DNA of 64,000 nucleotides from Mobula hypostoma. Its lineage: Eukaryota. The stretch is taken from positions 44,642,001 through 44,706,000 of the forward strand of contig NC_086108.1 of NCBI RefSeq assembly GCF_963921235.1. Direction: 5' to 3'. The position numbers and the translations under genes are program-made. This document shows positions 12,542 to 25,871 of the stretch, one piece after another. Under the pieces are notes generated by a model. That model had not been told where the DNA came from. It ran no database searches and saw nothing but the letters and a program-made list of their open reading frames with translations. Each line of letters opens with the position of its first letter. The stretch's first letter is position 1.

Positions 12542-15012
12542 TCAATCATATTGTGATCAGTTTCTCCTCAGGGTTCATTTACCTTAAGCTCCCAAATCGC
12601 CTCTAGTTCATTACATAACACCCAATCCAGTATAGCTGATCTCCTAGTAGGCACAATGACAAACTGCTCTAAAAAACCATCTTGTAGGCCTTCAACAAGT
12701 TCACTCCCTTGGGATTCATTACCAACCTGATTTTCCCAATCGACCTGCGTGTTAAAGACTCCCATGACTACCATATCATTGCCCTTTTGACTCACCTTTT
12801 CTATTTCCTGATGCAACCTCCCGGCCACTGTTAGAAGGCCTGTATATACAGTAACTGCCAGCAGGGTCCTTTTACCCTTGCAGTTTCCTAACTCAACCCA
12901 CAAGGATTCAACATCTTCCGATCCTATGTCTCATCTTTCTACTGATCTGATGCCATCCTTTACTAGTAGAGCCACACCACCCCCTCTACCTACCTTCCTA
13001 TTCCTCCGATAGAACGTGTAACCTTGGACATTCGGCTCCCAACTACAACCATTCTTCAGCCACGATTCAGTGATGGCCACAACATCATGCCTGGCAATCT
13101 GTAATATTGCGATAAGATCATCCACCTTAATTCTAGTACTACACACATTTAGATGCAACACCTTGAATACCCTATTCGCTATCCTTTCTGATTTTTCACC
13201 TTTAATGATTTGATACTTAGCCTGTTGGCTGCAACTAAGTCCCATCACCTGCCTGCCCTTCCTGATAGTCTGACTGCACGCTATCTTTACTTTTATACCA
13301 TCCGTCCTATCCTGAGTCCCTTCACTCTGGTTCCCAACCCCCTGCCAAGTTAGTTTAAACCCTCCCCAACAGCTCAAACAAACACGCCCATGAGAATATT
13401 GGTCCCCCTCCGGTTCAGGTGCAACCCGTCACTCTTGAACAGGTGTTTTGAACACTTTTTGACAGGTACATGGAGCTTAGAAAAATAGAGGGCTATGGGT
13501 AACCCTAGGTAATTTCTACGGTAAGGACATGTTCGGCACAGCTTTGTGGGCTGAAGGGCCTGTATTGTGTTGTAGGTTTTCTATATTTCTATGTTAGGTC
13601 ATACCACCCCCAAAGAGATCCCAATTATCCAAGATCCTGAAGCCCTGCCCCCTGCACCAGCTCTCAGTCACTCATTTATCTGCCAAATCATCCTGTTTCT
13701 ACCCTCACTGGTGCGTAGCACAGGCAGTAATCCAGAAATTACTACCCAGGAGGTCCTGCTTCTCAGCTTTCTAACTAGCTCTCTAAATTCTCCTTTCAGG
13801 ACCTCATTGCTTTTCCTTCCTATGTCATTAGTACCAATATGTACCAAGACATCTGACTGCTCCCCCTCCCCCTCCAAAATGTTGTGGACATGATCTGAGC
13901 CATCCCAGACCCTGGCTCCTGGGAGGCAACATACTATCTGGATGTCCTGTTCATGTCCGCAGAACCTCCTCTCTGTTCCTCCCACTATCAAGTCCCCTAT
14001 CACTACCACTCCCTTCTTCTCTCTCTTTCGTCAGTGCCTGTAACCCAGTTGCCATGGCATTCTCCTGGGAAGTTATCCCCCAAAAAAGTATCCAAAGAGG
14101 TATACTTATTTTTCAGGGGAATGGCCACAGGGGTGCTCTGCTCTAACTGTCTATTTCCACTTCCCCTTGCAGTCACCCAGCTACTCGCCTTCTGCAACCT
14201 TGGGGTGACTACGTCCCTGTAGCTCTGATCAATTATCTCCTCACTCTCCCATACAAGCCGAAGGTCATCCAGTTGCTGCTCCAGATCCCTAACACGGTCT
14301 TCAAGGAACTGCAGCCGGACGCACTTCACGCAGATGTAGTTTCCCAGGAGACTCTGGGTCTCCCAGTTCTGCAACATCTGACACGAACAACACACCACAG
14401 CCATTTAAATGGTACGGTAAGAGAGAGGAAAAAAAAACAAAAAGGAAATATTAACAGACACTTTACAGAGTCGACACCTCTTCCTAGCCAAAGCCTCCTT
14501 TGAGCCAAAGCCTGTTGTTTCTACTCTTGCCACTCCCGACGATGACCACTCCGCTTATCCTTTCTGTACTTTTATTTAATCCGTAGAGCTCTGTTGACGC
14601 CGCGATAGGTCATGTACAATGGACAAACACCCTCGAAGTTCCCTTCTTAAATAACCGCTGCCAACCTGCGAAAAATACCTCTTGGTAAAGCTCTGAAGAG
14701 TCACATACCTGTAGAGTCTGAAAACATAACTAATTTGGCTGATCATATCCGTAAAGAAGCAACAAGAATCCATCTGATCGATGGAATTTCTTTGACTGGA
14801 TCCATTCAGGTCTCCACCTGGGGTGACTCAACATTATGAGTCATATTATTCATAATTATGCCTCATCATAATCTACATTTTTTATTTGTTTAAAAGCAAT
14901 CATTAATAGAATAGTTCAAACTTGTGCAAGTATGTCTACTAATCTGCCTAGTCTTATAATTTACATAATTTTATGAATACTTTGAGGAATATATATCCTT
15001 TGATATTGATTA

Positions 15013-15797
15013 TACTAGACAACAAAGGTTTTGCTTCCTGAATACTTTTGGATGTATCTTATGGATTTTGGGATGCAGATCATGGAAACCAACATGAAAT
15101 TTCTCTATCACGCACCATTTTGTTTAAAATCACCTACTTTTGTTATCTCAATTCATAATTCAAGTCAGAATAACTGATGCCAAGATTAAGGAAGGCATTT
15201 TTGTTGGTCCAGAAGTCATCAATGACTGGCAATTCGAAGAACTTCCAGTGGGACCGGAGAAAATCACATGAAAGGCATTCAAGGATTTTGTTGAAAATTT
15301 TCTTGGCAACTACGGAGCACCAAACTATGCGCAGCTGGTTGACAACATGCTTCCAGCATAGAAAACCATGAAGTACAACATGTCACAAAAGATTAGTTTT
15401 CTGCATTTCCATTTGTACTTCTTCCCTGTAAATCCTAGTGCTGTCAGTGACGAGCATGGTGAAAGGTTTCACCAGGACATTGTGTTCATGGAGAAATGAT
15501 ATCAGGGCAACTGGAATCCATCAATGTTGGCTGATTATTGTTGGAACACTTAACCTAGAAGCCTCTGATACTGAGTGTAAACAAAATCATCAACAAAACA
15601 TTTTTAACTTAGTTGGACTATTGCAATGCATCAGCACTGTTATGCAATTAAACTAATTATATTCAATTAAAGTTAATTTCTTGTTTCTCCAAATTCCTAT
15701 ATGATACAAGTAGACTGAAATTATATTTGTTCAGCTTCAAACAATCTATCAAAACAAACATTTGAGGAAGCAATACTTCAGAAAAATTTGTCCAGAG
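15013..15797 (+). mobile_element. Internally deleted Chapaev3-like (CMC) DNA transposon fossil
   Basis: Degenerate translation KEGIFVGP...ENFLGNYGAPNY...NMSQKISFLHFHLYFFP...VSDEHGERFHQDI...YQGNWNPSMLADYCW. Imperfect terminal IRs (TACTAGACAACAAA.../...TTTGTCCAGAG). Family assignment is from remembered motifs. Confidence 0.65.
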
Positions 15798-16212
15798 TTA
15801 TTTTATACGTAATGTAGATACCACAAGATTTTCTGCCTCTGAATTTTCAGTTGTAAAAATTCTAAGTGTGTGATTTAGAATCAAACATGGAGAGGGGAAG
15901 AATTGTTGGATCCAACTATTTGTCATTTTCTTTGCAGTTCAACGATGATCTGTGTTTATTCTATTATTCCGTTTTGTTCAGGAGGTGGGTTTGGGGGTTG
16001 ATGATCAGGATGTTGTTCTTTATTGTGTGTGGTGGCGGGGCAGGGAGGTGGGTTTGATGTTTCATGTTTTTCTTTGTTTTGCGGCTCTCTGGAGAAGATG
16101 AATCTAAGAGTTGTATATAGGTACATACTTTGACAATAAATGAACCTTTGAATTACTTATTATACAAGTATCTGGTTACTGTGACTCCTGGTAGGTATAG
16201 TATGCATAACAT

Positions 16213-16553
16213 TGTAATGTGCCTCTAGTGGCTATACAAAGTATAATTCTGGAGCTTCTTCGTACTACATGAAGTGAATCAATGTTTTTCTCATTGGTTA
16301 ATTTTTACTACAGTATTGACTAAGTGCTTTCTAACTGGTTAATTTTAACTATAGATTAGAATGGAATTTTTCTTATTTCTGTGGGTATAAAATAGCTGAA
16401 CACAAAGTAGGTTCCATCTTAATCTTCCTAGTCTCTTGTCTGTAAGCCTTCTGCTCCTGTTTCCGTTGCTCCATCAACCTTTAATAAAATAATTGTGAAG
16501 CAACAAGTCTTATGCCTCTTTCCTGACTTCTAAAAGAACCTTGGATTAAAACA
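16213..16553 (+). mobile_element. Possible solo LTR
   Basis: TGTAAT...AAAACA ends with ATTGG-like boxes, TATAAAA at ~16386 and AATAAA at ~16483 in LTR order. No TSD found. Confidence 0.4.
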
Positions 16554-17639
16554 CCAAAATCCATCGGCTTCCTTTGCTCCAAGGAAAACAGTCCCAGTCT
16601 ACCCAATCGTTCCTTATAACTCAAGCCCTCCATTCCAAGTAACTGCTTTCTGAATCTTTTCTGCATCCTCTTGAGTTTAATCATATCCTTCCTTTAGTGT
16701 TGTGACCAGAACTGTGGTCTAAACAATGTTTTGTACAACTGTAACATGACTTCTCAAATCTTGTCACTGTATTTTATAGGAGGCATGAATCCCAAGTCTG
16801 CAGTTGACATTAAAATTGGTGTTATTTATAGTGTGGCAGATAGTCATAGGCTAGAGGATGATACTAATCAGTTGTTAAGATGGGCAAAACAATAGCAGCT
16901 AGAATTTTGGAATGACACACAAGTTGGGGGGGGCGGGAGTCTTAGAGAATACTGTGGAATGGATGGACTTTGTGTACAAATCTAGAGATCACTGAAGTTG
17001 GCAGCAAGATAGATAAAGTGGAGGCAAGATATGCTTCTGGAAAGATGGCTGCATGCTCGTACACAGTGGCTTCTACAGGGCTAGCCAAAGCTGGTATTGT
17101 CTTTTTTAAATGTATTTTTTACAATCATAAGACCCAGCTAGACATTAAGAACTTAAAGTACTGCAGGTCTACCCCATCAGCAAGTTGCTCATTAGCAAGA
17201 AATCAATGGAGCTTGACTTGGTGCAGATCACATTGCTATCTGTGTCAGAGAGATGTTGGAGTGGGTACACAAAGGTGGTGTGCAGTCTCAATGTGAGAGG
17301 TTGCCTTAGTCTCTTTTCTTGTGATTGCAAGACCCTGCTGGACATTGTTAATGTGGAATACTGCAAGTCCGATTCATTGGTGAACAGTGGGAGAATTGCG
17401 TGGCTTGTGCCATAGTGAGAACTGGGCCTTAAGCTGCGGCATCACCTGCTTGCAACCACCCAGTAGAGAGGTGTCGGACTGGAGGGCCGGACACGTTGAG
17501 ATGTGGCCTACATGCTGGAGTCTGTGCTGGCCTCTAGTGTTCATGTGGTATGTATTGTATGCAACTGCAGACTGCTGCAACATTCATGAACTCAGGGACT
17601 TGGACTATATTTCTTTTGTAACTGTATTTTACTGCTGTC

Positions 17640-20600
17640 TGTTACGTACCCCGTAACTGGATTGCCAAACCAGCAGAAATGGATCACTCAGTTGGAGTCT
17701 GGATTACTAGAACTAAGAAAGTTTTATTAAAGAAACAAACAACACAGTACTCTAATCAAAAGGATAATAAATGCAACAGTTCAGCAATGATAAACATACA
17801 TGTACACAGAATTAAGATAACAGGATCAATCAAGCTCTATCGTTGTCTAGGGGTAAATGACCAGTTTCAAAGTGACGCAAAGTTCAGTTCAAATTAGTTC
17901 AGTTCAGTTTGCAGTAATCGCTGCCGTGGCGATGGAGAGTGGGAGGGGGAGGAGAGAGAGAGCAAAACGAATGAATATTCAAAACCGCTTCCACACAGAT
18001 CTTCGCAGTCAGCTTTCGGGCGAGTCCTTTGTTATGTCATCTGAGGTCACCGACCGTGACCCCTCCGTTTCCAGATACGATTGTTTCCCTGCGGTGAACC
18101 TGGCACCCAGGCAAGGGTGGACACACACCAGGTTCCCGCCGATCGTGCCTTTCCACCCTGTGCGTCTATGGACCTGTACTTCCCACTGACTTGTGAGAGA
18201 CGCACCGCTTCCAGGGTCTTGTTACCTCAGGTGTCGTGTGTGTGTCCTGCCTTAGCGAACCTGTCCCTTTTTATCCCTCTGCTGGGGTATCGCCTGTCCA
18301 TCACTTCAAACAGTTCAGGGTTCAAAGGGGGAGCCGATCTTGACAGCTCTCCTTCCCCTTCATTAACATCTCCAAATACTGCTCCATTGTTTTCCTTATC
18401 TCTCTCTTTCCTGAAGACAGGTGGCAGACCAACTGCTGATCCCCCTGGTGCCAGCACAGGACAGCTACATCTTAATCTATGTGTATTCTTGTCACACTTC
18501 CCCCCTTTAAGGATTTTTACCGGGGGGTAAAAATTACAAACATGAATATATTATTTGATACACACAAATACACATCTTTATCAGCTATTTGGTTAATACA
18601 GCAAATTTGAAGTTGTCAACACCTTGACAGACAGTCAGCCATCACATTTCCTGTTCCTTTTATATGTTATTAATAATCCCTTAGACCAGGCTCCAACTTA
18701 GCAAACTTCATAGTGGCCAAAAACACTGATGAGTTGCGATCAATGTAACCTCTCATTTGGTTTCGTCCCGGACCACAATAACAAGGGTCGTCCCATTCCG
18801 ACTTAGTTTTCTCTCGCAAGGGCTTAGTAGGAGGGGGAGGGGTAGTAACCGCAGAGTTATTGCAAAACTTCCTACAGTACCCCACCATCTCCAAGAGCCT
18901 TCTGAGGGCCCTCTAGTCTGTCGGGGTTGGGATGTCAGAGATAGCCCGCACTTTAGCCTGCATTGCTGCCAGTTGCCCCTGTGTCACCACAATTCCCAGG
19001 TAAGTGACCTTTGTGTGGCCGAACTCATTTTTTTCAAGGTTCACTATCGAGCTGGCTTCAGACAGCCATATGACATCGCCAATACACACCTCTGTGTTTG
19101 TCAGCCCTTTAGTCACTGAATTACTCATTATCATTCTATATGGATGGTGCTCGCTAGGCTAACCAATGTCCCAGTTCGTTGCATCGCCTCGGGACAATCA
19201 AACACACGTGTGCGAGTCGTTTAATTACTTCTCCTAAAGAGTCGCTTTGTTTGGGGATTAAGGGAGAGACCTTATCAGCAGAGCTGGCCAAAACAATAGC
19301 CTTCTCCCATCTGGTCGATACCATACTCATCTTTTCAAAATGGTTTATTTCTCTTATCAGGGGGACCCTAGCTTCATTGATTTCCGTGCTAACACGGACT
19401 AGGTTTGTTAGCATATCAAAAGCCTGTGACCGTCTCAGTTTGCGTCTGCCATGATCAATAACACCCTTCCTCCTGGGCAGCCGGTAAACCTCTTTCATGA
19501 TTCCACCAACTGTTTCCTCCAGCACCGCAAAATGTCCACCGGGGGGGTACCTTGTGGGCCAGGTTAAAAATCTCATCCCCATAACTCTTTTGCACCACCC
19601 CCCATTCCTCATCTGCAGGTACGGTACTTGGTTTCCCTTTCTTCCTTAGCACTTCCTCATCCGCACAATAGCCTACTGGTTCCCTTGTTAATTCTGTGTC
19701 AGAGGGAGCTGTCTCTGCCAAAACCATCAGCCCCTCGTCTCGCTCCTGCGCCTGCACAAATTCTTTCCTGGCTAATGCTAAGTCTGTCTCAGCTCCCTCA
19801 CTACCTCTTGTTTCGCTACACTCCTTCTTTTCACTTTCTACCCCCTTCTCGTACAAGGCTGGCAGAAACGTCTCCGCTAAATTTACTACCGCAGTCCCAT
19901 GATGAACCTGTGAGTCCATGGGCGGGGCCTCAATGCTGGCAGACTGACCTGTCAATCTCACTGCTTCGAACACGATTCCCCCTGGCGAGGTCATTACCGA
20001 GCAAGACTTCCACGCCTTTCATCGGTAATTCGGGCCTCACCCCGATCGTGACTAGTCCAGAGACCAGGTTACTTTGTAAGTGTATCTGGTGCAAAGGGAC
20101 TGCCTCTGTCCCTTCCCCAATCCCTTTGATCTTGACTTCCCCAGTCAGGGTCTCTGAGCTAAACTCTAATACACTCTTCAGTATTAGTGACTGACACGCT
20201 CCCGTGTCTCTCCAGATCCGCACTGGAACTGGTTTTAACCCCTCCTTCACCGACACCAATCCGGCCGAGATAAACCTCTCGCGCCCTTCCTGAACTTTGG
20301 CATACCTGTCCTGTCCTAGCGGTTCGTTTACCAGCTCAATACAGCCAGTCAAAATCGCCGTTTTTCCTTTTCCCGTCTCCTTCTTTGGGGCAAAGCACCT
20401 GGACGCAAAGTGTCCGACTTTCCCGCAATTATAACAGACAACCCCAGGAGACTTCCTACCAGACTGCTCCCGGTCTACCTTATCCTTCTCACTAGTCCCT
20501 GGCTTACTTTCTGACTTTTCTGGCGGACTCTCCCTGCCATCCTAACTACCCTTCTGGTAGCCTTTACTTGGGGCAAACTTCATTTTATGCGTCAATGCAT

Positions 20601-22526
20601 ACTCATCCGCTAACTTAGCAGTTGGGGCTAACGTGGCTGCCTCTTTCTCATCTAGGTAGGGTCTCATACCCTCAGGGACACAACCTTTAAACTGCTCAAT
20701 CAGGATCAGCTGTAGCAGTCTGTCATAATCCCCCTCTACCCCCTTCGAGGCGCACCAACGCTCACAATATGTCTGCATCTCACGGGCAAACTCTAAATAC
20801 GTGCGGTCCCACTGCTTCCTCGCATTCCGGAACCTCTGCCGGTATGCCTCCGGGACCAACTCATAAATCCTGAGGATGGCCTCTTTCACCACCTCATACC
20901 TCTGGGCATCTTCCGCGGACAAAGCTGAGTAAGCTTCTTGGGCTTTCCCTTTCAGTACACTCTGAAGCAAAACAGCCCACTTATCCCTCGGCCAGTCCTG
21001 ACTTGTAGCAACTTTTTCGAAATGGAGAAAGTACCGATCCACGTTGGTATTGTCAAATGGGGGAACCAGCCTAACCTCCTGGGTCGCCCAGAACCCTCCA
21101 CCTTGGTTCGGCACGGGCCCCTGCTCGGCCCTTATCTTTAACTTCTCCAGCTCAAATTCCCTTTCCCTCTGCCTCTCTCTCTCTTCTCGCTCCCATTGCC
21201 TCTCTTTCTCGTCTCTCTCCAACTCTCTCTCTCTCTCTCTCTCTCTCCTGCCTTTCTAACTCTTTCTCTTTCTCTTGCCTTTCGAACTCTCTCTGCTTCT
21301 CTTCTCGCTCCAACTGCCGTACCCGGAACTCGTGCTTGAGTCTCAGCTTTTCAAGCTGCACCTGTACTGCGTCTCCAGCAGGTTTTTCAATAGACAACAC
21401 CTCCAGCTCGTCTTGGGGAAACACACCTTTAGATACATAGTGCTCTACGATAGCTCTGTGTATCTCCTCTCTCCTCATTGTCGACTTCCCCTTAGCAAGA
21501 TTCAACCGTTTGGCCACAGCTACCAATTCCGTTTTCCTGGCATCCTCTAATGCCTCCAAGGTCGGCGCCTTTATAATTTCCTCAGCCTCCATTTCTGCTG
21601 TTTGTCTTTTCTTTCTTTCGGGAATTTTGACCCAATCAATTTACTCCGTCCCAAATTTAGTGTTCAAAATCGCGGACGAGAACCCCACTTATGTTACGTA
21701 CCCCGTAACTGGGTTGCCAAACCAGCAGAAATGGATCACTCAGTTGGAGTCTGGATTACTAGAACTAAGAAAGTTTTATTAAAGAAACAAGCAACACAGT
21801 ACTCTAATCAAAAGGATAATGAATGCAACAGTTCAGCAATGATAAACATACATGTACACAGAATTAAGGTAACAGGATCAATCAGCTCTATCTTTGTCTA
21901 GGGGTAAATGACCAGTTTCAAAGTGACGCAAACTTCAGTTCAGTTCGCAGTAATCGCTGCCGTGGGAGATGGACAGTGGGGGGGAAGGAGAGAGAGAGCA
22001 AAACGAATGAATATTCAGGGCTTCCACACAGACCTTCGCAGTCAGCTTTCGGGCGAGTCCTTTGTGATGTCATCTGAGGTCACCAACCGTGACCCCTCCG
22101 TTTCCAGATACGATTGTTTCCCTGCGGTGAACCTGGCACCCAGGCAAGGGTGGACACACACCAGGTTCCCGTCGATTGTGTCTTTCCACCCTGTGCGTCT
22201 ATGGCCCGGTACTTCCCACCAACTTGTGAGAGACGCACCGCTTCCAGGGTCTTGTTACCTCGGGTGTTGTGTGTGTGTCCTGCCCTAGCGAACCTGTCCC
22301 TTTTTATCCCCTGCTGGGGTATCGCCTGTCCATCACTTCAAACAGTTCAGGGTTCAAAGGGGGTCCCGATCTTGACAGCTCTCCTTCCTTCATTAACATC
22401 TCCAAATGCTGCTCCATTGTTTTCCTTATCTCTCTCTCTCCTGAAGCCAGGTGGCAGACCAACTGCTGATCCCACTGGTGCCAGCACAGGACAGCTACAT
22501 CTTAATCTATGTGTATTCTTGTCACA
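17640..22526 (-). mobile_element. Full-length non-autonomous Gmr1-like Gypsy LTR element, copy A (frameshifted)
   Basis: LTRs 17640-18496 and 21692-22526 (TG...CA), 4-bp TSD TGTC, PPT at 18497-18510, PBS at ~21662-21687. Gag (SCAN-like, CCHC), protease RDTGA and pol remnants are collinear with copy B. Confidence 0.93.
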
Positions 22527-22862
22527 TGTCTTATACATGCTATGTGTCCCTTATTATAAGACGGAACAGAACAAAGTTAAATGGATCAAACTACCTTGAT
22601 AGAGAAAAACATGATGATTTGTACAAATAGTTTATTCTACCCAACTAATTATCACCAGCTCCAATAGCTTCTCATAGGAGAAGCTAAATGTTACATTATT
22701 ATTAACCATTTGAGATATTTTATCCAGGCAATGCTATTCAATTATACTGTGTATTAATTATGTTTTGCCCAATTCTTAAACAGGATTTTTCGATACATTA
22801 ATATTTTTGTTCTTTGCTAATCGACTAAATTGAAATGCATTTAATATCAAACACACACAGTA

Positions 22863-23419
22863 CAGGTTGCGTACCCCTTGTCCGAAATGCTTGGAGCTGC
22901 AAGGGTTTAGGATTTTTCTGTATTTTGGAATATGTAACGAGATAGCATGACACCAATACCATTTCTGATTCTGAATTATGTGCTACCAGTAAGCAGTTTT
23001 TGCCTTACACTTGTTCATCACACATAAATACAGATGCAGCCATTCAGCATTTTAGATTTTTATCGGCGACAATCTTGGCAAACTCATCAATGAATTTCTC
23101 TGCTGCTTCATGATCAGCAGACACTTTATCAGCATAAATCTTTAAATATATAATGCTATGCCTTTTCTTAAATTCCTGCAACTCAGTCTGCTGAATATTA
23201 AATTATCCTCAATTTTCAGTTCCTCATGATAGATCTTTGCTTGTTTCATGATCAGCATACTATTATGTTCTTTTTGGTGCCGATGAATCCACTCTATAAA
23301 TACACGTTTCAGATCTTCGTTTTCCACTTTATGGAGTATTTTTCATTAACTTGTCAACACTCAAAAACATTTTGGATTTCAGAGGTTTTCGCATTTTGGA
23401 TTTTCAGATACTCAACTGC
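22863..23419 (-). mobile_element. Tigger/pogo-type DNA transposon remnant (Tigger4/Zombi-like)
   Basis: Ends TA|CAGGTTGCGTACCCCTTGTCCGAAATGCTTGG and ...GATACTCAACTG. ORF 23142-23327 (DLKRVFIEWIHR...LIMKQAKIYHEELKI) resembles a CENP-B/Tc5 HTH. Confidence 0.65.
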
Positions 23420-23630
23420 ATGATCAATGCAATGTCACTTTCCCAATAGTCATAAATCAGATCAAAGGAATGCTCTGGCATCTTGGTACAAATCCAGGTA
23501 TTAAATAACAGTGTTTATACACTTCCTTCTGCCATTGCATCCAAAGAAAAATTAGGTGACAGTTTAAAAAGGCAAAGTCCTTCTGGAAGTCCACAATTCA
23601 TGTATATACGTAAATTTCTTTAATAAAAAG

Positions 23631-23822
23631 TCAACATTTCTTGTGATTTTCAACAAGCTGCTTCACTGGGAACTTGTAGGTTTTAACCTGCTCTCGGATT
23701 TCTGGTTTGTGTTTTAAAGTAAAGATTAGAGCTCGTATTGTCCTCCGATATGAAATGTTGATCAAACGGGAACACTGGTGAAAAACCTCTCGTTCTAAGT
23801 TTTCAATCAGCGGATGTTCCTT
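23631..23822 (-). CDS. TCEANC2: TCEANC2 last coding exon (KEHPLIENLERE...NHKKC*)
   Basis: ttgttacag acceptor, phase 0, 192 nt ending TGA. YRRTIRALIFTLKHKPEIR matches the TCEANC2 TFIIS central-like C-terminus. Confidence 0.93.
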   Translation of the reverse strand, partial: KEHPLIENLEREVFHQCSRLINISYRRTIRALIFTLKHKPEIREQVKTYKFPVKQLVENHKKC

Positions 23823-24374
23823 CTGTAACAAATACATAAAAAATACATTAATTATTACAGATAGTAACAATATACTCAGTTTATTCGAGCTAATGACCTA
23901 GATTATGCCTCTCTTTAGCCTCCAGTTCCAGAGAAAACTGCTAGCTGACAGCGTTGTGTGAATTAGTGTTTCCAACTACCATGCATATGGAATGAAAGTG
24001 TGGAACCTCCTGCTATAGTGACAGACCAGCACCCAGCCCAGAAGTGGAGCTCAGTGTACTGAGTTGAGGAGCTGGATATACTTAATACCTCTGATCATCT
24101 TACCAGTTATGGCAAGTGTTTGGAAAGAACCTTCTCTTTTTTAATAATATCGTGGATCTGGCCCGAAAAGTGAAGACAATCTTGCCAATTATGAGTGTTC
24201 CCTTAAGTCAATCCACATTGAAGGTAGTTCTTAATAAGGGTGTTAAAAAGGATAAGTGAATTAGTCTTACACATCATGATTGCCTTTAAGACAATGGACA
24301 GGAGGCTGCAATACAGTTTCTGTTTGAAAATAAGTTTTAAAATCAAAAACTTAAATCAGCATTAAAAAAAATAC

Positions 24375-24568
24375 CTCCAGTTCCAAGACTTCAGTGAACA
24401 TCTTTCGAGCATTACTCCTGAGACTCTCAGTCTTAGAATCACATCGCACCTCGATGGATGGCTTATTTTTATTTTCTTTTATAAAATCTCTCCAGGTTTT
24501 AAAAATGACTTTAGCAAGCTCAGCAACTTCAGGGTCTGAGTTTTTCCGCATCCTATTTACAGTGTGTC
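24375..24568 (-). CDS. TCEANC2: TCEANC2 coding exon 3 (HTVNRMRKNSDPEVA...KPSIEVRCD...VLELE)
   Basis: AG/GT boundaries, 194 nt, phase compatible with neighbouring exons. Confidence 0.93.
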
Positions 24569-24840
24569 CTAGAAATAGGAAGAATATTTATCTGAAAGCA
24601 GAATACAATAAGAATGATCTGTGCAATCGCAGACTAAATTTAAAAAAACATACTACTACTTGTGGAAGGCAATCTCTGTCACACAACTTTACCCAGCACA
24701 TCGAACCACATTTTTAAGGCAGAAGCATGTTTTTATTTTGTCCAACAATTCACAACTAAAACTACAAAAGTAGTTCTCTAGGCTTCAACTTTAAAAACCC
24801 CTCAAACTTACTTGAATTTAACTGAAAAGATACTAAGGAC

Positions 24841-25055
24841 AGCAGCGCACACAAAATGCTGGAGGAACTCAGCAGGACAGGTAGCATCTACAGAAAAGAA
24901 TAAACAGCTGACATTTTGGCTGAGATGAAGGATTTCAACCTGAAATTTCGACTGTTTACTCTTTTCCATAGATGCTGCCTGACCTGCTGAGTTCCTCCAG
25001 CATTTTGTGTGTGTTGCTTTGGATTTCTAGCATCTGCAGATTTTCTTGTGTTTGA
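24841..25055. repeat. Fold-back (palindromic) Penelope-terminus-derived element in TCEANC2 intron
   Basis: CACACAAAATGCTGGAGGAACTCAGCAGG... is inverted against ...CCTGCTGAGTTCCTCCAGCATTTTGTGTG, with a decayed hammerhead core at the centre. Confidence 0.8.
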
Positions 25056-25729
25056 GATGCATGGTATAAACTTCTTTTAAAAGCAGAAAGAGAACTGATT
25101 TATAGTATAAGCATTTCTATGCATGATATAGTTAGTGGTTAAATACAGTAAAAATTCAGCACTGCTCTGGTTCACAGACTTAAGTTCACACTGGGAACCC
25201 GCTGGTATATGTTTCACACCCTAGGCAATGCAAGGAAGACTCTCCAAATGATTTTTGTTTGTACATGAATTTCACAATTTTTAAGTTTTTTCCGGCAACA
25301 TTAAATCTTTTCAAAGCATGCCCAGATTTCAAACTGTGGTTCAAACCTAGGCATTCAAATACATCCATTTTCACCTCTTTGCCTGCATTCAATAAAGACC
25401 ACAGCTAGCCACTCTTTACTCCCTTCCACTTTGCCTGAACCTTACAATTTTCACTCAAGAGAAGTCAACCTTTTCAACTTGGTGTTATCAAATATATGCA
25501 CCAAGTTGCAAATGTTATTTTCAGCCTGGTAGTTCCTTAATGCAGTATTGGTGGTTTGATCAGACTTTGATTAATGGGTAGAGCTATGAGGGGATAATAT
25601 TAAATTATTTGTGCAATGTGCCTGGAGACCACACCTGAAAACAACTCTGTTTTTGTCAATTAAAAAGTTTCCATCCTCTAGTCAGTTTGTGGCACCATCT
25701 TGCAAATAACCATACAGTACAATCTTCAC

Positions 25730-25871
25730 CTATTTTTGTTGAGATGAGAACTTCCTGAGAGGGTATTTTCTTCTTTAGTTCCAGCAATGCTTCAATTAAG
25801 TTTTCCTTTGTTTGATTGGGGAGTTCCAGAATGGATTTAAATCTTTTAATATCTTCAATCACCACAACTCT
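25730..25871 (-). CDS. TCEANC2: TCEANC2 coding exon 2 ([18 protein letters not shown]...[15 protein letters not shown])
   Basis: cag acceptor, G|GTGAAG donor, 142 nt. TFIIS N-terminal domain motif. Confidence 0.93.

Larger units (their letters stand above)
9235..14680 (-). mobile_element. CR1 LINE 5' portion: ORF1 (Cys-rich plus SGNH esterase) and ORF2 endonuclease region, with a duplicated ORF2 segment and nested insertions
   Basis: ORF1: MAVVCCSCQM...YICVKCVRLQFLEDRVRDLE and VVIGDLIV...CCLPGARV...VHIGTNDIG. EN: VVAITESWL, GGGVALLVK, PTRRSAILDWVL, NDHNMIEF. Confidence 0.85.

Noticed and set aside
14709..14817. Minus-strand AG...GTATGT exon-like segment
   Set aside because: The one open frame resembles nothing I recognise and it has no partner exons.
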